DNA of 64,000 nucleotides from Lytechinus pictus (GCF_037042905.1 NC_087256.1:5518001-5582000), one strand, 5' to 3'. Numbered from the stretch's first letter, positions 1-18,800 are shown. Notes: generated by a model not told the origin, from the letters alone. Numbers and translations: made by a program.

Positions 1-391
1 TTACCATTCTAAAACTAGTTTAGTGGAAACTAGTTTAATGTGTAATGAGAATGGTCAAAGTGGTCTTGGAAGCAATGATCTTCCATACCGGTTTAGAAAA
101 CCACCTCGCGATGTAGTTTTCAAGATCGCTTTGCCTCGTTAATCTGAGGACACAACCGTTTTTCGGGAAGCGATCTTCGCACATGTTGTATGGAGAATAC
201 CTACGCTACGATTACAAATTTAACATGAAACTGAGAGTGTAGCCATAGCAACAAGATCACTTTCCGTGAAGTGGTTTTGAAAACCATTTTCCGGTGATCA
301 AATGGTCACGCTAGCAAAGCGATCTTTCAAACTGGTTTCCTGAACCGGTTACCAGTAAACTAGGTTTTAGGTTTGTAACGAGAACAGTGTC
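1..391. mobile_element. PIF/Harbinger-like MITE, left end outside the window; same family as 55275-55734
   Basis: Aligns by eye with 55290-55734 (aaactagtttagtggaaactagtttaa...ccacctcgcgatgtagtt...gggaagcgatcttcgcaca); ends in a degenerate TIR followed by TTA. Confidence 0.75.
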
Positions 392-561
392 TTAATCAAC
401 TAAAAAGGGAGAACGTACATGCAATCACTGAACCAGATTGGTCCATGATACAAAATTTTGAGTTCCTATTAAGAATATGAATGGTTAATCAGAGTACTAT
501 CAAATAGATCTCTAACTACATGTATGTCTATGGCAGCAAAAGTTTGAATACATGTACCAAC

Positions 562-2690
562 CTTCCTGTTCCATAGGAATACGTCAGGCCTTGAGAAGTA
601 AGGAGTAAAGCATGCTCCTTTCCGCATGCTATCTCCTGGACATCAATAGGCTGTGTGAAGGGATGGAAGATATATGCTCTATCATCATGTTTTGTAACTC
701 TTCCAGCTTGGTGTTCTGGACCTTTTTCCAAAAAAAAAAAAAAAAAAAACACATTTAAAATTAACAACTCTGAATGCATACCGAGTCCCATTTTGAGGAA
801 AAGGGCCAGGATTGATCATTTTTCTTCAAGGTCACATGATTTAGAGTCATATTTTTTCCAATGCCATGATATGCATACAACAAATCGTAGAGGTTCCTAA
901 AATTATCAGAGTTTCATTTAACAAGTTTTTAAAAGCAAATGGTTTGAAAAGATAGGTATTAAAATGCATATATTGAGTTGCAATTTGTATAATGCTAATG
1001 ATGATAATGGCAATGATCATGTGATATTGATGATGATGAAGGTGATGATGATAATGATGAGGATGATGATAACAAACAATGCCATGAAAAAAAAAATTCT
1101 GTTGATTTTTATAGACTAAATAGTAATCTCCCAAACACGCCATGTCAAATTTCTGTTGATTCTGTTAATAGACTGAAGTTAACCAATGCCACTTTCCACA
1201 ACAATGCCAATAACCCCTGAAAGGCAGGACACTTGCCATACCTACCAAATGTTGCAAGGACATGCGAGTCCCCTGCAGAAAGGTTCCTAAAGCCACACTG
1301 TTCTTTGGCCTTGGAACTTGGAAGGGTTTCATCCACGTCTCGGGAACATCCATCCGCACGAGTTGGGATAGACTCCTCTCTTTGAAAGTCTGAGACCTGA
1401 TTTTTTGCATCCTCAATCTTATTCTCCTGTTCTACTTTCACTTGTTGCCCTCTGCCTTGTGGAATCACAGTAGACCCAGAACACATCAATTGCACCTTGG
1501 TGGTCCCTGCTGCAGAATTGGTTGAAATTTCTCTCACATAGCAATCTCCAGAGTCATCTATGAGGTAGATATTGTCTCCATGGAGACAGAATTTTCTGGG
1601 TGAGGATGAGGCAATGCCATGAAGATCCTCTGAAAGGTCAATGAACTTTCCCATCTCTCCATTTAGGCAACCAATCAAGAAACCTTTAAGGTGACGAAAA
1701 AAAACACAGAATAGGCACTTTAAATCTTTAAAAGTGGGCAAAAGTTTTGATTAAAAAATGCTACGAGTTATTATTAATGGCCTATAGAAACAGATCACTC
1801 ATACTGCCCGCACAGAAACGTTATTAGCACCTATCAATGCGCTAACAGAGGCCCTGTTACGACCGGTATTACTAACACATTGAAATAAATGTTTTGACTT
1901 TATAATCAGAAAGATATGACTGGGCTTACTGTTAGTGCTCTGTTTAGGTTAACGTTTCTGTGTGGCCGGCACTGGTCTACTGTGTAAGTATTTTTATATT
2001 AATAGCAGGAAGCTACAATTCAGGAACAGGTAAAATGAAGAAAAAAAAGTAAAACAGCAATGAGTAAAATTCAATGATTGCAAATTAATTGTGTATTATT
2101 GCTTTTTCACAAAAATTAATTTTAAAAGTAGTCCCCTGCCTATTATTAAATAGATATTAGAAGACATTAAAGAGTGTCCTTAAAACATTACAAAAAAATT
2201 AACAGTCAAGCTCAAGGCTAAGTTGCTACATAATCATGTTAGCTTTATTATTATTCACTAGCATGTATTGTAAATAGTAAACAATCTTTTTCACTCACTC
2301 AGTCACGAAACAAATTACAACTACAAGAGAGGCAAATGGAAAATATAGGATTTACTAAGGTCTACCTGAAGAAGAAAACAGTGTTGCATTCCAATGCATT
2401 ACTACGGATTCTTTATCAAAGTTGTTGAAAGACCTCGTGTTACTTGGACTTGCTCTAGCTCCCTTCCAAGAGTCATCAGTTTCTCCACGCATCGCTGACG
2501 GGGACTTCTCCCGTGTGCGACGGTTACTCGCCCGCTCCTCTTCCTGATCATTGCAGTCGGTCAACTTCCGTTTCAAGCGAGAAATATCACATTCCAATTC
2601 CACTGGCACCATCAAGATTCTCTTGCCATTGCCTAGCAAAAGTTGACCAAAACCATTGAAACCGAAGACAAATACACCACTTAGTTCCAT
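562..2690 (-). CDS. RCCD1: RCC1-domain protein, RCCD1-like; first three coding exons (2366-2690, 1246-1683, 562-721); gene continues past the window start
   Basis: ATG at 2690 in an aaaATGG context. GT/AG sites give consistent phases (1,1,2). The translation MELSGVFVFGFNGFGQLL...HWNATLF...LSAGDSHVLA...IACGKEHALLLTSQGLTYSYGTGR has RCC1 repeat motifs and the FGFxGFGQ N-terminus recalled for RCCD1. Confidence 0.75.
1804..1971. mobile_element. Small fold-back (MITE-like) element in RCCD1 intron
   Basis: cacagaaacgtta...gcgctaacag is inverted relative to ctgttagtgc...taacgtttctgtg; no clear TSD. Confidence 0.4.
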
Positions 2691-2970
2691 TTTGCAAATA
2701 AAGAAAATGTACACCGCATCATATTCGAGTTCATGCATTCAGAGTTTGCCAGAATTGGCTCCAGATTATCCGAATATTTTTCTTTGAATCGGTGCTATTT
2801 TGCCATGAGCTACTGGAAATAAATACATACATAACAAAATAATTATAATCAAAATACCATAATCTTCAATTTTGAGGAGAACTGGACATATGAAATGAAA
2901 AGAAATTATGTAGTTTCTTGAGAGGAGTTAAAGAAATAATAAGAACGACTTAAACAATTTTAGCCAGACG

Positions 2971-3066
2971 CACGTGTGAAAAGGGGAAATCCCCAACAAT
3001 GTTATTCTCGATCTCTAACGGCTCCCTCCCCACCCTCACTGGTAGATTGTCAATTGGTTCCGCCCA
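2971..3066 (-). promoter_or_regulatory. Putative RCCD1 upstream region with E-box (CACGTG 2971-2976), kappaB-like palindrome (GGGGAAATCCCC 2983-2994), CCAAT (3053-3057, minus strand) and GC box (3060-3066)
   Basis: Motifs read directly, about 300 bp upstream of the ATG; function is inferred only. Confidence 0.35.
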
Positions 3067-3430
3067 CTTTGTACTTCTGTAACCATTTCACCATTTAAAG
3101 GGAGAACGAACCTACTAACTAATGTGCCCCCCCCCCTCTGTAGGCCTACACTCTCATAGCTATAGCCTATATCAAATGTGTGTTATAAATAATATTGAAA
3201 TAATCATTAATGATATACACAGAGTGAATTCGCCTATAAATTCATTTGTTAGAGAAAGAAACATAATTTATTTTGAGAGGAAAATAGATAATGCAGTATA
3301 AGCACCCTTAAGTAGTTGCTTTAAAAGGGAAGCTCACCCTGACTTAAAGTTTGTTTTGAAAAAAGGAGAAAAATAAGAGCAAAATATTTGTTACGGTTTG
3401 AAGAAATCCATCAAAGAACAATTTTTTTAA

Positions 3431-4014
3431 AGGAGAATGAAACCCTTGAAACCAGCTGAATCCATATCAAAGAGAAAAATCAAAGAAACATATTGTTGAA
3501 AGTTTGAGGAAGATTGAATGAATAATAAAAAAGTTATGAGCATTTGAATATTGAGATCACTAATGCCATGTAGATCCTCACATTGGCAATGCGACCAAGA
3601 TCTGTGATGTCACACACGTACAACTCCCTCATTACTTTAGTACTTATTTCACTTATATTCTCACTTTTATAGAGTCTATCACAAGGTGAGGTGTTCTCTT
3701 TATGAGAGGACAAGTAAAGAGGTTTCACAACATTATATCATTGATGAATCGTTTGTCATATGATTAGAATGAGCGAAAAGAGATGTTTTGGGGTATATTT
3801 TCAGCGTCCAAAAGGGGAGAGTTGTTCATCTGTGACATCACAGATCTTGGTTGCATTGCCAATGGGAGGATCTCCATAGCATTAGTGATCTCGACATTCA
3901 AATGCTCATAACTCTTCTATTGCTAGTCCTATTTTACTCAAACTTTTGTTGATCTTATTCTTTTATTTTTCTGCTTTCACAAAAGCTAACTTGCTCCAAG
4001 AGTTTCATTCTCCT
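3431..4014. mobile_element. Kolobok-like non-autonomous DNA transposon (MITE)
   Basis: TTAA on both sides; perfect 13-bp TIR AGGAGAATGAAAC/GTTTCATTCTCCT; long internal inverted arms (about 3530-3615 vs 3830-3915). Confidence 0.85.
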
Positions 4015-5105
4015 TTAAGTATTTAATTTGTGACGTCATAAGCGAGCAAGCTCCCCCATATACTGCATCATTCCTATATAATTTCCGTATATTCCAATGT
4101 TGTAATGGAACATGATGAATAAGTACATTTGTAGATTGCGTGTGTGTGTGGCATGTTTTGTTTTGGCATATCTCTGTGTTTAGGTTTTTTTTTTTTTTTT
4201 TTACATATCTGTAATTTATGTCTTTGCTTATACTATGTTCCCTCATTCTTCACATCTCAATGTAGGGCCCCACTCACAAGCTCTGCTTTTTAGGGGACCT
4301 AGAAAACCTTTTATATATCATATAGGCCTATATCTTTTTGTACCATTCTGTTCATTGATTTGTACTTATAATGTCTGTTTTTAAAATAAATTATACTTGA
4401 ACTTAATTAGAACTTTATCATAGAAGGGGCATGAAATGGTGTGTCTGATGATGCACCCCTGCAAAAATAAAATGATTTTCTTTTTTTTTAATGGCATTTG
4501 GGGGATTTATACCACACAGCATATCGATAAGATGCTCGTTTGGGACGTTACAAAGAGTGAATAAAAAAATCATAACTCCGTTTATATTCACTGATAGATT
4601 TTCATCAAACCTTCACAATTATTCTGCTCTTATCATCGTCAGAATAAGCCTACATTTTATTTGGCGTAGATCGGCTGATCACCTGTCGGTCTAATGATAT
4701 TTTAATTTCTCTCATTGCATTTCGTCTTATATTCATTTAGTCTATTTACAATTTCGTCTGATATCAATTCAGTCTGATTGCCATTTCGTCTAAAATTGAT
4801 TAAGACTGATTAACCTTTCGTGTTCGCGAGTATTTACTGAAAAGCACAAGCCGGGTAATCCTATACTCCACAAATATGTCGTGTCGCTGGAAGCATCACT
4901 GATACTGCGTTTCAATACTGTATATCAAATATCAAAATAAACATAAAGAGATTCCTATCATTCTCAGATCAATTATACAGGCTTTTTACTCAAAGGATTC
5001 ACATGATATGGCCGAGTTGTTTTTAACCCAATAACCGACTTCTTTTCATTAACCTTTTTATTAATTTACGAGCAAATTCACGATCCGGAACTTGCAAGAT
5101 GGCTT

Positions 5106-5262
5106 NNNNNNNNNNNNNNNNNNNNNNNNNNNNNNNNNNNNNNNNNNNNNNNNNNNNNNNNNNNNNNNNNNNNNNNNNNNNNNNNNNNNNNNNNNNNNNN
5201 NNNNNNNNNNNNNNNNNNNNNNNNNNNNNNNNNNNNNNNNNNNNNNNNNNNNNNNNNNNNNN
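5106..5262. other. Assembly gap (others at 7090-7313, 10463-10812, 56173-56479)
   Basis: Runs of N. Confidence 1.
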
Positions 5263-8101
5263 TTATTCAAGAAAAAATACGGACTTGATCCTGCTTAGAG
5301 GAATAATAATAATAATATATAACAATAATAATAATGAAAATGATGATGATGATTATGATAATAATAATCAACTAATAATAATAATAATGTGCAACATTTA
5401 TTAATAAGGCAATGATCATATTTTTAAAATAATAAACATATAATAAAAAAAATACAACAGTCACAATTCAATATAAAAACACAGTCCAAAATTTCAACTT
5501 TCAGTTAAAAGGAAGGAAAATAAAGGAAATAGAGCCGATAAAAATCACTTGTCTTTCCCTGTATATACAATATACAAGTATACCAGGAGTGTTGTTTGTG
5601 TCATGTTATCGGTGCACTCTCAATATAGATGACTCGAAGTAAATCTGTTTAGATTAAACTCCCTCCGTCAGCGGTTGAATGTGGATTTGAACAAGGGATT
5701 TGAAGTTGGATTAAATTGATCTTATTATCCATACCGCAAGAGTGTATTCACCAACCTCTATCGAGCTAGCCTCTAGCCGAGGCCCCTTTTGTTATATTGA
5801 TTTCGAATATAAAAAAGGCTATCGAGAACAACTAATTGGGGGCTGCCATATAAAGACTATATCATTACATCAGGGACTGCTTCTTGCTGCTGTTCAGTGG
5901 CGTAATGAGAATAAAAACTGAGGGGGTCGGACATTGTATATATGGGGCAACAAATACAAAAATCTGCGAGCGAGCGAAGAGTGCGAGTATTTTTTTCTTC
6001 AAAATTGTGTTTAAATAAAATCTTTATCTTGATATATTTAGAAAATTATATATCGTATTTGACCATTTACCTTTCCTAATTTTCTCCTGTTTTTCTTGGT
6101 CGTGCATGGCCCCCACCCCCACCTGTACAATTGTAGATATTATTGGTATTTTGTTGATTGAGCTTAAAGACACCTAACATTATAATATGGATATTTACGC
6201 CTCGTGGAAGATCTACCCAAAATCAGCGTTGTGTTAGTGTGCAATTGGTATAAGATCGTGGAATATGGCTATCTATTTAGGGGATGTCCACACCAACAAA
6301 GAGATAAATAAAATGATAAAAGCAAAGAGCAAACAAACAACCAAGGCTCCAATTGAATTAAATGCTGAAAATCTCATCAAAATTTCTATAATCATGTTCA
6401 GGGAGGAATAAAAACTATACGTCCTGCATTATAATGAGTAAACGAAATAAATGAAATACAAAAGACCCGGGACAAAAGAAAGGATCAGTGGATGGTGCTA
6501 ACAATTTCCTAATTTGTCTACACCGATCGACTATTCTGTTTTGCGAAATATTTATACCGAAACTTCAAAATGTCAAAATGTTCGTATTTTACATCTGACT
6601 TTGATAAAAAGTTCAATGTTTAGCTTATTTTAATTTTCTTTTTTATTAGAATTGACTATTTATTGAGCTGGACTTCCCACTTAGATAATTTCTGGTAAAT
6701 ATTGTTCTTTGCAGCAGAATAAGAAAAGAAGCCTCGGTTAAAGGCTATCCATAACTCATGCTTGATCCATGGCTATGATTGACGAATGCTTTTATGAATT
6801 AAGGGGGCCCAGAAAATTACCTGACAAGAAAAATACAGCAAGGGGGTGGGTCCTTACTCTCCAAAAGGATACAAAATGTTGCCGTTTTTATGTGACAAGC
6901 AAAATAAGCCCCCCCCCCCCCGGCTATCCCACTTAAGTTAAATTAATCTCGGACCTCTAATTAGCGGAAAATTTTATGATTATTATTAAGTCATTTATAT
7001 TTTCCTCCTGTTGTTGTTGTTGTTAAAATTTATATACATATCATAATCAGTAGTACGACTAAAGTTATTATCAGTATTATCATCAACATNNNNNNNNNNN
7101 NNNNNNNNNNNNNNNNNNNNNNNNNNNNNNNNNNNNNNNNNNNNNNNNNNNNNNNNNNNNNNNNNNNNNNNNNNNNNNNNNNNNNNNNNNNNNNNNNNNN
7201 NNNNNNNNNNNNNNNNNNNNNNNNNNNNNNNNNNNNNNNNNNNNNNNNNNNNNNNNNNNNNNNNNNNNNNNNNNNNNNNNNNNNNNNNNNNNNNNNNNNN
7301 NNNNNNNNNNNNNGTATAGTAGTAGTAGTATTATAGTAGTATAGTGATAGCATCATCATGATTACTGTTATACAGTTAAGAGTACGTAGTCCAAACATGA
7401 CATTTTTTTTCTGATACGCAAAAACAAAACAAAACAAACGGAATATCAAATCGTATAGGATTTCTTTTGAAGAACCAGTCAAGAAAACGGAAGTGAATTT
7501 ACGTTCTCATTCCAAAACCGTACACCCTTGCCTACAAACAAAATTCTGATAGGCAACAAAAATGAAACATAAAAGAAAAAAATCAACAACTAAAGTTATG
7601 TCCCGAGTTATGTATTCTGCAAGAAACCCTTCTAGTCGTGTGCCCATCCCGCGGATCCTCGCGTGCACTTACGAGAGAGATTTATATTTAAAAAATCCCC
7701 ATGGATTTACCGTTCAAATCCTCTTAGATTAAGACTTTCCCTTAAAGTTTGGTTTGAATTACGAGGATTTCTGGTAATCACGGGATTTATTTCGAAAATC
7801 TTTTAATTCCACTAGGATCTATAACCAACCTAACGAGATTGGATTCCTGATCCATGGCGATCGGATTTCCCCCTATATGAAAGGTCAAAACAACATGTGA
7901 ATAATAAATCATTTCTGATTTAGACTTTGTGTAGCATATGGAGTTCGGTTATTATGAATATGCAAGTACGATTTCAAATAATTGTCAGATGTGGAAATCT
8001 CCCAATTTTTAACCAATTGATTGTAATGTCATATTGTAGATGAAATTGAAATAAAGGTCTTGATATTCTAGATCAGGATGTCAGCGACTTCAATACATGT
8101 A

Positions 8102-9086
8102 TAGTGCGTATAAAAAAAAGTTTACACTTTGAAAAAGCCATGGGAATTAAAAAATATACAACGTGTGGGTAATTTTTTTCACATATAATCTTGGGTTTGG
8201 GTCTCATCTATCCAATGAAAGTAAAAGTTTTGACAGAATGTTACACTTGAGTGAGCACTGTCCATTTTTGTGAAGCTCCTAGAAATCTGTTTGCGCAGAA
8301 ATGCTCGTTTTCACGCTGTGTCGAGGGGAAAGGGCGAAATCAAACTTACCCTGCGAAACATTTCTCATGCATTTTCCTTGCACTTTGAGTCAATTGAAAT
8401 AAAACGGATACATTCAAGCATTTTGTAACAGTTTTGCTACCCAAATTGAAATTTCAACAATTAGTAAGCACAACCTTTACCCTTTTTGTGCCAGCTGGAT
8501 CTGAGGACATAACTGAATCTGAACAAACGTTAATATCAGACATCTCCAGCATTTTTTCACTAAGTTTTTATCATTTAAAGTGGGTTTACATTTCATTTTT
8601 CGTTTAATACTTGTTTCTCCACATTTTTCCCAAGCTTGACAATGATCAACAACATGAAAATCAAGCCTAAGCCATTTCATGTAAATCACAGCTCAGTGTA
8701 AAGTAAATATCGCCACGATGGCCTCGGTGTGTGGGGGAGTGGGGTGGGGCGCAATGCACTCTTCGAAGTGTTTTGGGCAAGGAAACAAGTTTAAAAAGGT
8801 AAAAGATATCTTCAAATCAATTTTACTAGCTAAATTCCACGTGTTCTTCATGATTAAGGTCTACTTTTATTTGCATAACTATTTCAAAGTTCTGCGCAAA
8901 TCATTTTTCACTAACTTTCCACAAATCAGTGGTGCGCACTCAAGCGGAAATATTTTTCGACAGTTATATCGTAATTTGCTTAAATGGACCTGTACTAATG
9001 TTAAATGTGGAAAAATCTTAAAAAATAGCAAATGTATAATTTTACAGGATTTTTTCTAAGTGTAAACTTTTTTTTGATACGCACTG
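8102..9086. mobile_element. Tc1/mariner-like non-autonomous element
   Basis: TA on both sides; about 29-bp TIR (c/t)agtgcgtat(c)aaaaaaaagtttacactt vs aagtgtaaacttttttttgatacgcactg; no transposase ORF. Confidence 0.8.
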
Positions 9087-10034
9087 TATAGGTCTAAAAT
9101 ATTTTCCCAGAATCTGGGCAGTGCTTGTTCTAAATATTTTATCTTTTTGAAAACTTAATTCTTGGCAGGCAGGGCCGTAGCTAGAGGGGGGGTATGGGCA
9201 GTGGCGTAGACAGGTTCGTACACCTGGGGGGGATGACTGGGCTGCCAACGCTAGTGAGGGCGCGAAGCGCCCGAGCGAGGGAGCGAAGCGACCGAGCGGG
9301 GGGAGGGTGTGGGAGGGGGGTGTCCCCCCTCCCACGGTAGGGAGCTTTTGCAATTTTGAACTTGAAATCGTGCAATCTGATGCATACTTAATGAAGTAAA
9401 ATAACACACACAAGCGCGCACGCACACACACACATACTCACATACACACCCACACACCCTCACACACACACACACACGGGTGCGCGCACCACACACATAC
9501 TACGCCTTGAATGGACAGACATTCATCGACAAGATCTACACACCGTGGCATACGAATACAGAATGGACTGACACATAGTATTGCATATTGAACCACACTA
9601 CGTATTTATTTATCTCTGTGAATTTTGCTGTTACACCTCTTCAGAAAAAAAACCAATGTCAACTGTGTACACGCAGGTATAGTCTTTGTTGTCTTGATAT
9701 GGGTATGTGGTTATGAATGAAAACAGCCTCTGTGGCCATTTGTGAATAGAACACATAAACAACAAACAAATAACAATATGTCTGTTCATTATAAAGCATA
9801 ATGAATACGTACATACTATGCTTTTTTTTTACCTTAAAGAAACAGGCATAGTATCCATAGATGGATATTGGCTGGCGGCTCATTAACATACAGATACAAA
9901 AAACATAAACAGTATCACTATGATCCATGGAGTAACAATACTGCTTTGTAAGTTTGTGAAGAAATCGGAACCATAACGGCATTGCATCGTTTCAAATTAG
10001 GGCATTATTTACTTCTTTTTGATCTCAGTCGTAT

Positions 10035-10035
10035 A

Positions 10036-10081
<46 letters not shown>

Positions 10082-10272
10082 AAATAAAAAATAATAATAA
10101 TACAAATAATAATGTTAATACTAATAGGTTCCTTTTATCTCGCATTTCAAGACAGGGTAAATTCACACTGCGCTTTATTATTATTATTATTATTATCATC
10201 ATCATAATCATTATTATTATTAATATTATAATTGTTATCATTATTATTATTACTATTATTATCATCATTATG
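10035..10272. repeat. (AAT)n and (ATT)n microsatellites in opposite orientation
   Basis: Read directly; source of the poly-Ile ORFs. Confidence 0.9.
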
Positions 10273-11084
10273 ACTTATTAAGTAACCAAATATCATTCCC
10301 AAAAACCTGGGGGGGGGGATGATTGTACATGCCATCCCCCCACCTTGTGAGGTGGGGGGGATGCATCCCCCTCATCCCCCCCGTTGTCTACGCCTTTGGA
10401 TGGGGGGGGGGTGCGACACCCCCCCAACATTCGTGGCAGTCGGCAAAATCATGTACCAGTTGNNNNNNNNNNNNNNNNNNNNNNNNNNNNNNNNNNNNNN
10501 NNNNNNNNNNNNNNNNNNNNNNNNNNNNNNNNNNNNNNNNNNNNNNNNNNNNNNNNNNNNNNNNNNNNNNNNNNNNNNNNNNNNNNNNNNNNNNNNNNNN
10601 NNNNNNNNNNNNNNNNNNNNNNNNNNNNNNNNNNNNNNNNNNNNNNNNNNNNNNNNNNNNNNNNNNNNNNNNNNNNNNNNNNNNNNNNNNNNNNNNNNNN
10701 NNNNNNNNNNNNNNNNNNNNNNNNNNNNNNNNNNNNNNNNNNNNNNNNNNNNNNNNNNNNNNNNNNNNNNNNNNNNNNNNNNNNNNNNNNNNNNNNNNNN
10801 NNNNNNNNNNNNCTGGTGCTCGCATTGTCTGACTAATGAGACATATAGTCCTGTTGTATTTTAAGTCCATAAAGATTATGCAAAAAACTATCTCCTCGCA
10901 CTTCAAGTTATCATTGTTTTATGTAGTGACAAATGCTTTTTTCATGACTTAATAAAACATTTCCAGTCAGTGCTTACGTTCGCATTGGTGTGGACCGATA
11001 TAGATACCGGGCTGGTGTTAAATCAACACCGGCGTTTTTGCAGTGCACGAATTCCTAAAGACAGTCCTAACTAAAAATGTCCCT

Positions 11085-11690
11085 TTTTCTGATCTAATTA
11101 TTACAAATTTTCAGCTCGCGCTTCGCGCTCGCATCACTTAATTAGTGAAATAGTAAATTCCTACAAACAAGCCATAGAATGCCCCTCTTCAGGTCTGAAT
11201 TTCAAAAATTGTCAGCTCGCGCTTCTCGCCCGAAATATTTCATTAGTGAAATACGTATCATGTTCATGATTACAATGACCACAAAAAGTGCTTCATGTGC
11301 CAGTGTAATTCTAACAAAATCAGCAAGCGCTTGGCGCTCGCATTAGATGACTATGATGAGATACGTACGCACTTCATAAATTCCAAAAGATAGTCCTGAA
11401 AATGTCCCTTTTTAGGGTTAAGTTATACAAAAAATTTCAGCTCGCGCTTCGCGCTCGCATTGTTTGTTTTGTAAGACAGGTACGTATCATGATTACAAAA
11501 CTTTGCTTATAATGTCCCTTTTTAGGACTGAATATCAAACATTTTCAGCTCGCGCTTCGCGCTCGCATTATTTGATCACTAAGATACATATTCGTTTAAT
11601 GCCACAGTCCTTAAAACGTCTCCGTCTATCAGGTCAGTATACCTGGCAATTGAGCGCGCTTCGCGCGCCCACTTAATGACTCTAAATTTT
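11085..11690. repeat. Dispersed sub-repeats with core ttcagctcgcgcttcgcgctcgcat (reverse-oriented relatives near 42170-42280)
   Basis: Core seen at about 11110, 11212, 11436, 11544 and 11654, each preceded by a tgtccctttt-like motif. Confidence 0.7.
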
Positions 11691-12350
11691 TGCTGGTGCC
11701 CCCCCCCCAATGCCGTGACCCACGGTACGTCACTGTTAGCAGTAGCACTCTTGAAATTTTAGTTGAGACATCTTGCACAGAAGGTCAATTAAAAATTAAC
11801 AAATCTTTGATTTTGATATTATTAATGCATAGGGTATATCATTATACTGCAAGTTAGCAACTACGGCACACTATAGCCTTTATTTTTAAAGTGCAAATAT
11901 CTTTGTATATCTTTGTATAATTTACCTTAAAGTATTCACCAAATGCCACCAATTCAATTCTAAAAATTCAAAATCTTTTAGCATGTGATTATTGTAGGGG
12001 GGGCACATCCCCCATCAGACTCCCCCTGTGCTCACGTTGGCGCTGTCACGCCAAATTTAGTTGGCAAATTTAGCTGGTACACCCCCCCAACAAAATGCTT
12101 CTGGCTACGGCCCTGTTGGCAGGGGTATTGAATAGAAAAAGACTGACGGAAACACACCATCATTTACTGTGTGCTTAATGTGTGGGGGTGTGTCTTGAAG
12201 TTTTTTTTTTTTTTTTTTTTACAGACGTGTATCTGTCAGATAATGATTAATATACACTGTAAAAATAATATTGAGTAAAATTGTTACCACCACGAGGGTA
12301 ATTATGTGTCCAACCAAATTTTGGGCGGTATTTTACCCAATGCGGGAAGT

Positions 12351-12644
12351 CAGTGGCGTACCTAGGATTTTTTCCACAGGGGGGGGGGGGCAAATTCGTC
12401 CGCCAAAAAATTTGACAAGCAAAAAAAAAGAAAAAGGGTCTTCATTCAACCACAAATAAAGGATCTCGTCCGCCAAAAAATTTGACAAGCAAAAAAAAAA
12501 GGTCTTCAACCACAAAGAAAGGATTTCGTACAAAAAAAAAAGGGTCTTCAAGACTCGTCAAGGGGGCAGGGATATGTCCCTTGCATGGGTTGTGACTCGT
12601 CAGGGGGCAGTCTGCCCCCTCTGCCCCCCGTAGGTACGCTAGTG
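12351..12644. mobile_element. MITE with CAGTGGCGTACCTA-type TIR
   Basis: cagtggcgtacctagg...cgtaggtacgctagtg; imperfect 9-bp TSD gcgggaagt/gcgagaagc; internal direct repeat. Related ends occur near 5895, 9199 and 31481-31491. Confidence 0.6.
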
Positions 12645-13801
12645 GCGAGAAGCATATGTCCAGAAAGGTTAAAAAATGAGCAGCAATTACTTTAGAATGG
12701 GCAAAACAGTTATTTATGCACATCCTGGTCGGTATGCAAAATGAGGACACTGATAATGTCATACACTCACTATTTCTTTTGTATTTTATTATATGAAATA
12801 TAAAATATTCTAATTTCTTCCTCATTGTCAAGTGAAACAACGATTAATTCGTCCCTGAACATGTGGAATTAGCATTGTTTAATACTATATGGTTTAGGCG
12901 AGTTGGTCCTTTGTCAAATCTGTAAAATATGAAATATTGTTTAATTCAAACAATCAAAAACAAAAGAAATAGTGAGTGAGGGACATCATCGTGACATCGT
13001 CTGTCTCATTTGCATGTCACTGAGTTGTGCATAATATCACTGTTTTGTGAAAAATAAGCGAAACTTGAAAATGTCATAACTTTTTTTTTTACATCCGATT
13101 TTGATTAAATTTTTAGCGTTATGCTAATTTGATTTTTCTCTATTTATTCAAATCAACATTTTTCTGGGATGGACTTGACCTTTAACAACCATGTTCCACT
13201 TTTTTAAAAGTTGAACCTGGTTGTAAAATTTGTGATTATAATCAATAAATGTTAGATATTGAACATTGCTGCTTATATTTTTCAATATTTTGTTTAAGAT
13301 GTAAGCCTATGAATAAATACCTGATAATTTTTCATTGTACATATCAAAAGATTGTATGAAGCGTTTTCTCTGTGTATACCCCTCCCCCTCTCCCACATTT
13401 CCGCTCTCCTCCCCCACCCCAGGCCTCCACCTTTCACTCTCTTTCCATCTCTCTCTGTACGCCATGCACCCCCCTCTCTCTCTCTCTCTCTCTCCTACCC
13501 TTTCTCCGAATTCTCCCTATCTCTCTCCTACCCATCGCTCTTTTTCCTTCCCATCTCTCCCTCTCCTACCCATCGCTCGATCTCTCTTTCTCTTCTTATC
13601 ACACACACATCGAATAATAATACCCCACACTCACACGCCAGAATTTATCATAGCAGATTTTGTGTGCCACAATTTAAAAGAAACGAGCAAATTTGCAAGC
13701 GATTTTTTTTATATTCATTTTTTATTAAACTATTCTGTCATAATACTCTGCAATAATTACTTCAATCATAATCTAAACTTTGTGTCAGCCATGCATGTTG
13801 T

Positions 13802-18402
<4,601 letters not shown>

Positions 18403-18800
18403 GGTCTGATGGAAGAAACGTTGAAAAAAATATCTTGAATTTACTGCACTAATTGAAAGTGGAAAATAAAAATAAATCATGCTGACAAAGAATTTCCACA
18501 CTGAAAATAGTTTTGCATTAGACTTGATTGTTGAAATAGATTTGAAAATTAAAGGCTATAAATCTTCAGAAAATAAATTCTATTTTACAACGAGTTGATA
18601 TCAAGCATCGCTGATTAAACTAATCCCTTCCTGGAAGTTTTCCTATTAGTTTTCGTTAAAAATGATTGACAACCATCCAAAAACAAAAAAACAGGCTGAT
18701 TCTCTCGTTCCTTTGAACGTTGGCCTATTGTCTGCTTGGAAGTGACGTGAAATTGAAAATCCCTCAAAATAACCTTCAATATGGCAAACGAAGAGAATTA

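Larger units (their letters stand above)
9170..12115. mobile_element. hAT-like composite non-autonomous element containing nested MITEs, microsatellites and an N gap
   Basis: Perfect 8-bp TSD TTGGCAGG (9162-9169, 12116-12123); TIR CAGGGCCGTAGC/GCTACGGCCCTG (16/18 when extended). Confidence 0.75.

Noticed and set aside
9982-10906. Poly-Ile and poly-X ORFs (likewise 5061-5404, 7030-7482, 47013-47270, 56037-56525, 57468-57869)
   Set aside because: Products of microsatellites or N gaps.
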